The notes under the pieces are model-generated. The model was given only the letters and a program-made list of their open reading frames with translations. It did no database searches and was not told the origin of the DNA. A stretch of 12,903 nucleotides of DNA, from positions 1 to 12,903 of the IMG/VR virus record IMGVR_UViG_2531839662_000018, one strand, 5' to 3'. The stretch comes from a virus (lineage: Duplodnaviria > Heunggongvirae > Uroviricota > Caudoviricetes). Positions within the stretch are counted from its first letter, which is position 1. Every line of letters begins with the position of its first letter. A program made the translations under genes and the position numbers. Of this stretch, positions 6,929 through 12,903 are shown one piece after another.

Positions 6929-7513
6929 ATGCCAGCAAGCAAAGAAGATTTGCGATTAAAACTGATGGAGGTGGTTAACGCTCTGTCAGAGTCGCAGGGC
7001 AGCACTCCGCAGGAGATTATCGAAATTCTGAATGCGATCCCCGCACAGGATTTCACAAAAGCAGATGAGGACAACGCGAATCAAAACATCGTCGCGTCAG
7101 TCGAAGATGAATCCTCACTGGCAGAAGCCCAGGCTAAAGCAGATTCCGCATACAGCAATATGGGCCGTCGCGCTCCAGCCCCGTTTGCTGGTGAAAAGTC
7201 GATGGATTACCGCAAGCGTGCATTAATTGGTGCACAGAAGCTGGCTAAAAAATTCAGTGATGTGGATATTCGTTCCGTTTCAGATTCTGCAACGCTGGCG
7301 GTGCTGGAAGATCAGATTTACCAGGCTGCAAAAGACAGTGTTCAGTGGGCCGTGGAAAACACGCCGGGCCATTTGGGTAAAACCGTAAGAATGGATGAAG
7401 CTGGTCGTCGTATTACTGAATATCAGGGCGATCCGAACGTCTGGCTGAACGCCTTCAAAATCCCTCCCCGTCGCCTGGTCAAAATTAACACTGCAAGCCT
7501 CGCGGGGGCATGA
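6929..7513 (+). CDS. hypothetical protein (194 aa)
   Basis: ATG at 6929 with an AGAGAGG ribosome-binding site 8 nt upstream; the ORF-track start is a GTG at 6920. Acidic N-terminal half. No family recognised. Confidence 0.75.
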   Translation: MPASKEDLRLKLMEVVNALSESQGSTPQEIIEILNAIPAQDFTKADEDNANQNIVASVEDESSLAEAQAKADSAYSNMGRRAPAPFAGEKSMDYRKRALIGAQKLAKKFSDVDIRSVSDSATLAVLEDQIYQAAKDSVQWAVENTPGHLGKTVRMDEAGRRITEYQGDPNVWLNAFKIPPRRLVKINTASLAGA

Positions 7514-7577
7514 AAAACGTGCTGAGTTCAGCCCTGCCGGATTTGGCGGGGCTTATTGCTTATAACCGGATAACATT

Positions 7578-8249
7578 ATGCTTTTAACAGAAATTGAGGC
7601 GGCAAAGCAGATTCGGGACGGTCAGCTACCGTCGCCTTATCAGTTTTCCAACATGTGGCTGGTTAACCTGCGTATTACAGGAACCGGTATGGCCTACCGC
7701 GCCGAAGAAAAAGAATTTGTCTGGCGTTCACCGCAAACTTATCTCAATCCGCAGTTCCTGGAACGTTGCGCCGGAGTACCCGTCATTATCGACCATCCCG
7801 AAGGCAAAACCATTGAAGACGTTGGCGAACGGTCGCGCATTATTGGCACCGTCATGTTGCCGTATATTCGCGGTGACGAGGTGTGGGGTGTATGCCGGAT
7901 TTACGGGCAGGAAATCATCGATTACATCCAGAAAGCACGGGGGGAGGTATCCACCAGCCCGTCGGTTGTGTTTTGTGGTGCGTCCGGTGGGGCAGAAGTT
8001 CCTGATGTAATGGGCGAGGACAATTTTTTCATTGAGGGTACGCCATTCCTTATCGATCACGTTGCGCTCGTGCCGCTTGGTGTTTGGGATAAGGGCGGGA
8101 AACCATCGGGTGTGGAGGTAACAACGCCGACAGCAGAAGAACAGCTCGCCGGAATGGTCCGGGACGTTATTGATGCGGCCTGCAAGCCAGCCCTGGAAAA
8201 ACTGGAAGAAATATCCGGGCGGCTGGCTCAACTGGAAAAAACAGAGTGA
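7578..8249 (+). CDS. hypothetical protein (223 aa)
   Basis: Protein-like composition; only a weak ribosome-binding site. A faint resemblance to phage prohead-protease-like folds (PVIIDHPEG ... IGTV ... EVSTSPSV) is too weak to call. Confidence 0.75.
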   Translation: MLLTEIEAAKQIRDGQLPSPYQFSNMWLVNLRITGTGMAYRAEEKEFVWRSPQTYLNPQFLERCAGVPVIIDHPEGKTIEDVGERSRIIGTVMLPYIRGDEVWGVCRIYGQEIIDYIQKARGEVSTSPSVVFCGASGGAEVPDVMGEDNFFIEGTPFLIDHVALVPLGVWDKGGKPSGVEVTTPTAEEQLAGMVRDVIDAACKPALEKLEEISGRLAQLEKTE

Positions 8250-8256
8250 GTGAATC

Positions 8257-8874
8257 ATGAAAATTGCTAAAAACTTAAATCTGATTATCCCTGTGCGCAC
8301 TGAAAAGGGAAATGGCTGGATCCATGCCACGCCGATCAGCAAAGAGGTGTTTAAAGAGCATTTCTTCATCCTGAGTAAAACCTTTTCTGCCATTTTTTCT
8401 GAAGGTCTTGGTGTTGTTGCGGGTCCGCGCGTTGCCTGCCTTATGCTGGAGAAAATCTCCCGTGACTCCGGTTTATGGGATGGGGAGAAAGGCATACGTA
8501 ATACGCTCATAAACGAAATTATTCGCCTGGCAAACCTTGTTTATCCAGTGGAGGGCAAAGGCTACGACACAATCCCTCTCGATATGGCGCTGGAGCGTGA
8601 AATCGTTGATTTGGACGAAGTGGCGGGTGAACTTGTTTTTTTTACATGCGTCTCGTCGATAAATTCCCCGGAGCAGACGAAGGGGACTATGGATGCGGTG
8701 AATGGAATATGGAGCACTCAATGCTCGTCCTTGAGTCTTACGGAATGGATCGCTTCATTGCCGACATTGAAGCCTGCCGTCAGTTCTGGCGCGACGGCGA
8801 ACACGTCATCAGCGACATCCTCGACTACTCAGCCGGAGCCGGATTCAGAGACATCTGTGCAGATTCCGGTCTGA
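8257..8874 (+). CDS. hypothetical protein; zero-frame product 205 aa, candidate upstream partner of a -1 frameshift pair (G-like)
   Basis: The first 129 codons are protein-like. After the T8 run (8636-8643) the zero frame becomes Ser/Thr-rich low complexity until its stop at 8874, while the -1 frame carries a well-formed ORF. Confidence 0.6.
   Translation: MKIAKNLNLIIPVRTEKGNGWIHATPISKEVFKEHFFILSKTFSAIFSEGLGVVAGPRVACLMLEKISRDSGLWDGEKGIRNTLINEIIRLANLVYPVEGKGYDTIPLDMALEREIVDLDEVAGELVFFTCVSSINSPEQTKGTMDAVNGIWSTQCSSLSLTEWIASLPTLKPAVSSGATANTSSATSSTTQPEPDSETSVQIPV
8636..8643 (+). other. T8 homopolymer forming a U UUU UUU slippery heptamer (candidate -1 programmed frameshift site)
   Basis: Zero-frame codons GTT TTT TTT ACA. 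A -1 slip re-pairs both tRNAs on TTT and continues as TAC ATG into the frame of ORF 8646-8939. Confidence 0.4.
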
Positions 8875-8939
8875 ATGTAAAAACAGCAGCTCAGTTTCGT
8901 GAGCTGCTCAAATTCAAAAATCCCGCAGGAGTATTGTAA
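8646..8939 (+). CDS. -1 frame ORF (97 aa from its first ATG), probably the C-terminal extension of a frameshift fusion (GT-like)
   Basis: This frame opens at 8631 just before the slip site. Its stop overlaps the start of the 679-aa gene (TAATG). Protein-like composition (FIADIEACRQFWRDGEHVISDILDYSAGAGFRDICADSGLNVKTAAQFRELLKF). Internal ATGs at 8709 and 8721, the latter with a GGAG ribosome-binding site, allow independent initiation as an alternative. Confidence 0.5.
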   Translation: MRLVDKFPGADEGDYGCGEWNMEHSMLVLESYGMDRFIADIEACRQFWRDGEHVISDILDYSAGAGFRDICADSGLNVKTAAQFRELLKFKNPAGVL

Positions 8940-10978
8940 TGTCAGGTAATCAGATGCCAGTTCTAACGCTGGACGTTAATGAAGAACACCTCAAACGGCT
9001 TGAGGCAATTTTTGAAAAGTATCGCAACGGGCTGATGATCGGCCCTGCCGGAACGCCGATGAAAATACCGGGGCAAAGTGGGCGCAGCGTGGGGGCAGGC
9101 TTACCCGTGGCGGCAAAATCTGGTCGGACAGGACCGGATGTATCCGGGAGAGTGAGGGACGAAAAAGGGCGCTTTGTCGGCAGCGGAAAAACAGCAGATT
9201 CGTTCGTAAGCAACTATAAAGGTCGCGGCGAAACGATGTTTGATAAGTATCTCAGCGGGCTGGGGAAAAATGCCCAACAGACGCTGAAAACTTACAAGCA
9301 GATCAATTCTACACTACAGACGACCACTTCAAGATTAAACAACCTGTTTAAAACAACCGTATCGTGGGGAACAAAACTCTCGGTTATGGGCGTTGCCGGA
9401 CCGTTTGGCTTTGGCATGATGTCCCGTAGTGTTGTAGAGAAACAGAAAAATGCAGATGAGCTGGTGGCAACGCCAGGAGAGTTAAAGGCGGCAGAAAGCA
9501 CTTATTCGCCTTATTTTTCCGGTGTTGGCAATGTGCTCAATACACTGGCAGCAGCACAAAATGATATATCGCATCCTGCCCGCGTCGGCCTGCTTAATCT
9601 GGGGCTAAATCCTGATAAAAACGCGACTGAAAACCTGCCTGTATTCCTGAAAAAGGTTGCAGCGCTGGCAAAGGAATATCAGGGAACTGGTCTTACCCAG
9701 AGCAATTTCAGAGGAATGGGGCTTGGATGGGTAAATTTTGGTCTTACTAACCAGTTAGTCAAATATCAGGACAAAATACCTGAACTCAACAAAGAGTTTT
9801 CGTTACGTGCAGCGCAGAATGATTCGTTACTGACCTCTGCACATACAAGTAAATATCAGAATCTTACCAGTAACCTGGAAAAAAACTGGGATCGGCTTAC
9901 CAGCGGATTTCAGGGAGCAATGGCGGGGAATGAAGACGCTTTAATCAGAATGTCTGATGGTACCACGAATGCTGCCCTGAATTTCATGAATGGTGAGAAC
10001 TTTAAAAGGATTCTGACTGATGTTGAAACGGGGCTGGATAAACTTGGTAAGTACGTTAATGGCCCGGATTTTAATAACGACCTGAACAATTTTGCCGAAA
10101 ACGTTGCAAAGGTCACCAAGGCACTTAGCGGATTTGTTGGTTTTGCCGTTGAACATCCCTGGCTTTTTGGGGCCGCAGTGCTTGCGGGGCCATCAAGAGT
10201 TGGTGCCGTGGCAGCCACAACAACCGGAGTTGCCGCTCGTGTTGTCGGTGGAAGTCTTCTTGGGGCTACAGCCGGAACAGTAGCAGGATTGGCTATTCCT
10301 ACAAATAACACACCTACCACCAGTGAGGAAATGAAAGGGCTGGAGGGGCGTTTCAACTTTGATTATTTTAACGAAGTGCAGGAGTGGCAAAAAAACAATC
10401 CGGGTAAGGTCTGGCCTGGAGGATTGCAGGGATTTTCAAATCAAGTAAACAGATCTGCATATTTATCCAGAGGGATCAGGAATAACAATCCCGGAAATCT
10501 TAATTTCGCAGGACAAAAAGGGGCTACTCTGGAATCGGGGCCAAATGCCCGTTTTGCCAGCTTCCCGACGATGCTGGAAGGCATTGCCGCCTTAGATCGG
10601 CAGGTAATGCTATACCTGAAACGCGGCAAAAATACGATTGATCAGATTATTGATATTTATGCCCCTTCATCTGATGGAAATAACACATCGTCCTATAAAA
10701 GCTATCTTTCTCAGTACACCGGATTAGGTGTTAAGGAGAAAATTGATGGTTCTAATTTTGAGGTCATGAAAAAGCTAATTCAGGGCATTATTAACCATGA
10801 AAATGGTGCTGCCGCTAAAGCTGTAAGTGTTGAAGATGTGATCCGGGCGCTGGCTATGAATCGTGGGATTGTCCCTGCAGCAGGAAACAATGATCAGAAC
10901 GTTAAGTTGGAAATTGTTCGGAACGCTGGTGCCGATTACTTCGCGCAACTAATTGGTGCTCAACGGTTCCTGGGATGA
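8939..10978 (+). CDS. large protein (679 aa) with Gly/Ala-rich hydrophobic core; tape-measure-like candidate
   Basis: Strong AGGAG ribosome-binding site, coupled to the upstream ORF. An Asn/Thr/Gly-rich N-terminal 400 aa. A hydrophobic segment FAVEHPWLFGAAVLAGPSRVGAVAATTTGVAARVVGGSLLGATAGTVAGLAIP (nt about 10143-10300). A C-terminal domain of about 220 aa containing the motif RGIRNNNPGNL (nt about 10471-10503). Confidence 0.9.
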   Translation: MSGNQMPVLTLDVNEEHLKRLEAIFEKYRNGLMIGPAGTPMKIPGQSGRSVGAGLPVAAKSGRTGPDVSGRVRDEKGRFVGSGKTADSFVSNYKGRGETMFDKYLSGLGKNAQQTLKTYKQINSTLQTTTSRLNNLFKTTVSWGTKLSVMGVAGPFGFGMMSRSVVEKQKNADELVATPGELKAAESTYSPYFSGVGNVLNTLAAAQNDISHPARVGLLNLGLNPDKNATENLPVFLKKVAALAKEYQGTGLTQSNFRGMGLGWVNFGLTNQLVKYQDKIPELNKEFSLRAAQNDSLLTSAHTSKYQNLTSNLEKNWDRLTSGFQGAMAGNEDALIRMSDGTTNAALNFMNGENFKRILTDVETGLDKLGKYVNGPDFNNDLNNFAENVAKVTKALSGFVGFAVEHPWLFGAAVLAGPSRVGAVAATTTGVAARVVGGSLLGATAGTVAGLAIPTNNTPTTSEEMKGLEGRFNFDYFNEVQEWQKNNPGKVWPGGLQGFSNQVNRSAYLSRGIRNNNPGNLNFAGQKGATLESGPNARFASFPTMLEGIAALDRQVMLYLKRGKNTIDQIIDIYAPSSDGNNTSSYKSYLSQYTGLGVKEKIDGSNFEVMKKLIQGIINHENGAAAKAVSVEDVIRALAMNRGIVPAAGNNDQNVKLEIVRNAGADYFAQLIGAQRFLG

Positions 10979-11029
10979 TTTAAATACACGCGCTTTCCGG
11001 CGCATTAATACAGTCTGAGGGGAAGTGTC

Positions 11030-11554
11030 ATGTTTATGAGCAAGGCAGAATATGCCAAACACAAAGGCGTAAGCCGCCAGACAGTTTACGACTGGATCGA
11101 GAAAGGCGAAGTGGTCATGTCCGGTAAAAAAATCGATGTGGAAGCGACAGAGCAGCGGAACAGCCCACCAGCACAGGGAAAAGATACCGTTTCTGAAATG
11201 TGGCCAGAGAGAACGCTGGAAATGACGTGGGGCGAGTTCTGGAAAGCAGTTAAGGCCAGAGACGGTAAAATCCCTGCACCAGTAACGGACGATGACATAC
11301 AGCAGCGTGTGCAGGATGCAGCCGGGGAATTATGCTGTGAAGTGCAATTTCTTGATGATGGTGCTATCTGCCTTGAGGATTATGCTGGGCAATATTACTT
11401 TGAGCAGTATGATTTTCGGGAAAATGCCAGGCTGGCAATTCGTATGCTGCGTTGTGAGCTCTGCTATGTTGCAGGTGATTGTCCCGATGAGCTGGATAAC
11501 TGGAGTGAAGCCGGACTAAACGCCCTGGCTGAGTGGGAAAAATCATCCCATTAA
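11030..11554 (+). CDS. HTH DNA-binding protein (174 aa), excisionase/terminase-small-subunit-like N-terminal HTH with Cys-rich C-terminal domain
   Basis: GAGGGGAAG ribosome-binding site. The N-terminus (KAEYAKHKGVSRQTVYDWIEKGEV) is a classic HTH of the Xis/AlpA/TerS-Nu1 type. The C-terminal half has six Cys (CCEVQF ... CLEDY ... CELCYVAGDC). Confidence 0.8.
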   Translation: MFMSKAEYAKHKGVSRQTVYDWIEKGEVVMSGKKIDVEATEQRNSPPAQGKDTVSEMWPERTLEMTWGEFWKAVKARDGKIPAPVTDDDIQQRVQDAAGELCCEVQFLDDGAICLEDYAGQYYFEQYDFRENARLAIRMLRCELCYVAGDCPDELDNWSEAGLNALAEWEKSSH

Positions 11555-11565
11555 TGACCGTAAAA

Positions 11566-11857
11566 TTCGCGAAAAGTGTCAAGTCAGGCCGTCTGCCGGG
11601 TTGACACTTTACACTCTGAACGCGAAAAAGTGTCAACCTCGCTGTAAACCCCGCCGTTACTGGCTTTGCGCCAGATTTACCACGTCAAAAAGCCGAAAAA
11701 ATCGCGAAAAGTGTCAAGTTGCCATGCTTAGAAATGCTAAGGTTTGATAAGGTTTTTCGCGAAAAAGTGTCAAGTGTGTCAACCTGCGATGTTAAGGTTT
11801 GTTAAGGTCTTAAGCCGGAAAGTGTCAACCAGCCCCCTAAGATTTCCTAAGGTGTAA
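11566..11857. repeat. array of two interleaved short repeat families (candidate protein-binding or packaging/origin-like site)
   Basis: Family 1 is CGCGAAAAGTGTCAAG and variants (11566-11584, 11621-11638, 11702-11720, 11757-11784, 11817-11830, plus an inverted copy TTGACACTTT at 11601-11610). Family 2 is (C/T)TAAGGT(T/C)T in six copies (11738-11757, 11791-11814, 11836-11857). The region has no ORF. Confidence 0.7.
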
Positions 11858-11860
11858 ATC

Positions 11861-12040
11861 ATGACCATCACCGAAGCCGATATGCTGGAGATGATCCGCA
11901 GCATTGCCGGAATCAGACAACCAGCAAGCAAAATTAACAGGTGTTCAGCGCCTGTTTCCGTTGTGCTGCAACAGGAGCGCCACCAGCATGATGATGTGAG
12001 GCCGTATCAGTGGCGGAAACCGGACAGGCCGCGACGGTGA
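11861..12040 (+). CDS. short paralog (59 aa) of the terminal gene, with an internal deletion
   Basis: MTITEADMLEMIRSIAGIRQPASK ... RPYQWRKPDRPRR. Both ends are homologous to the 94-aa protein at 12619-12903 by eye at DNA and protein level, but about 40 central residues are missing. It has an AAGGTG ribosome-binding site and is below the ORF-track cutoff. Confidence 0.45.
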   Translation: MTITEADMLEMIRSIAGIRQPASKINRCSAPVSVVLQQERHQHDDVRPYQWRKPDRPRR

Positions 12041-12148
12041 GCGGAGCGTTCGGTAAGGCTACAGCCAAGCCTTACATTAAGCCTACGGGTAACCCTTCGA
12101 AGGGGCTTTAAAGGGGAGATGATTATCCTTACCCGTTGATAAACAAGC

Positions 12149-12168
12149 AAACCTCAAATTTGAGGTTT
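12149..12168. promoter_or_regulatory. perfect 20-bp palindrome AAACCTCAAATTTGAGGTTT (one of a pair)
   Basis: Perfect inverted repeat. A related copy AAACCTCGATTTGAGG lies at about 12349-12364, roughly 200 bp downstream. Confidence 0.4.
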
Positions 12169-12466
12169 GTATCTGCCTGACTTATTTTTGTGCTAAGTTG
12201 TTGATATATCCGACGACGCAAAATTGCGCTGGCTACATCCCTCACATCTGAGGACTGTTAACCAGCAGGCCGGAATATATTCACAAACTACGAAATTTTC
12301 GCAGTTTAATTACTCGCCAGCTTAATCGCTAACCCACTGATATTTTCGGAAACCTCGATTTGAGGAGACCGGAACGTCTACATGACTGCATCACCATAAC
12401 GATTTCCGTTACAGTTGATGTGCTTTTTTGCTGGTAAGGCCTAACCCGTTGATTCTTCCACAATTC

Positions 12467-12518
12467 CCCATTGGGGGAGGCTGGGCGGCCTGCTGTGGAC
12501 TTTTCCACCATTGGTGGG
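12467..12518. promoter_or_regulatory. pair of related palindromes upstream of the terminal gene (candidate operator)
   Basis: CCCCATTGGGG (12467-12477) and CCACCATTGGTGG (12506-12518) share the core CCATTGG, with centres 40 bp apart, about 100-150 bp upstream of the ATG at 12619. Confidence 0.4.
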
Positions 12519-12618
12519 AAACATGGCACCACATCCACCAGCTTAAACGCGCTTCACCTTCCCGTTATCAGTCGCCACAATTACGGCATTGTTTCCCCAT
12601 CCTCTGGAGGCCATGACA

Positions 12619-12903
12619 ATGACCGAAGCCGAAATGCTCAAAATGATTCGCCAGATTGCCGGGATCAGACCACCAGCAGGCAAACAGGAGGCCACGCAGC
12701 CGGACAGCGTGATAGCCGAAAATTACGCGCGTGTGGTGGCTGAGGTGATGCGCCGTGACGGTATCGAGCTTAACGGCGTTGATATGCGCGACATACGAAT
12801 CAGAGTTCTGGAGATGTTGTCATATCGTCGCCGCGTGGAGATGTACCGGGAGAGCGAGAAAAAGACTTACCAGTGGAAAAAACCGGAGCGGCTGCGTACG
12901 TAA
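12619..12903 (+). CDS. hypothetical small protein (94 aa)
   Basis: ATG at 12619 with a GGAGG Shine-Dalgarno at 8-nt spacing; the ORF-track starts at 12589 and 12613 lack a good ribosome-binding site. Highly charged, protein-like sequence (MTEAEMLKMIRQIAGIRPPAGKQ ... KTYQWKKPERLRT). The stop is the last codon of the window. Confidence 0.75.
   Translation: MTEAEMLKMIRQIAGIRPPAGKQEATQPDSVIAENYARVVAEVMRRDGIELNGVDMRDIRIRVLEMLSYRRRVEMYRESEKKTYQWKKPERLRT

Noticed and set aside
7594-8010. 138-aa plus-strand ORF in an alternative frame of the 223-aa gene
   Set aside because: It overlaps the better-supported frame entirely and has a Cys/Arg/Ser-rich composition.
7728-8510. 260-aa minus-strand ORF
   Set aside because: It is antisense to two well-supported plus-strand genes, its translation is rich in Phe/Cys/Trp/Pro with junk-like composition, and it has no ribosome-binding site. 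It is the usual open antisense frame.
9910-10356. 148-aa minus-strand ORF inside the 679-aa gene
   Set aside because: It is antisense to the Gly/Ala-rich segment of the large protein, and its Pro/Ala/Thr-rich translation is the mirror of that low-complexity region.
11566-11857. Possible CRISPR array
   Set aside because: The repeat units are only about 16 bp, occur in two interleaved families with irregular spacing and one inverted copy, and have no uniform spacers. This is a binding-site array, not CRISPR.
12040-12618. Possible tRNA or attachment-site remnant in the long non-coding spacer
   Set aside because: I found no GTTCRANYC T-loop, no acceptor stem and no CCA-compatible structure. The hairpins present are simple palindromes.

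Overview
The window is a compact, almost uniformly rightward-transcribed mobile island of the P4-integrase/AlpA type (phage-satellite or PICI-like), starting exactly at the integrase start codon and ending at a stop codon. No attachment site or tRNA is visible inside it. All family assignments are from reading the translations by eye; no database search was run. Modules from left to right: (1) a P4-type tyrosine integrase, a small ORF, an intrinsic terminator and an AlpA-like regulator; (2) one divergent ribbon-helix-helix (RHH) repressor candidate facing three palindromic operators that overlap a promoter; (3) a translationally coupled operon ending in a RepA-like helicase, followed by an iteron-type origin; (4) a coupled ProQ/FinO-domain protein and PerC-like regulator closed by two intrinsic terminators; (5) an operon of uncharacterised proteins ending in two overlapping ORFs joined at a T8 slippery run and coupled to a 679-aa protein with a Gly/Ala-rich hydrophobic core; (6) a helix-turn-helix protein followed by a dense array of two interleaved repeat families; (7) a duplicated small gene whose two copies flank a structured 578-bp non-coding region. 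The most interesting candidate is module 5: its layout matches the tail-assembly-chaperone G/GT frameshift pair plus tape-measure protein of tailed phages, which would be unusual in an island of this kind. No CRISPR array, rRNA, tRNA or IS element was found.
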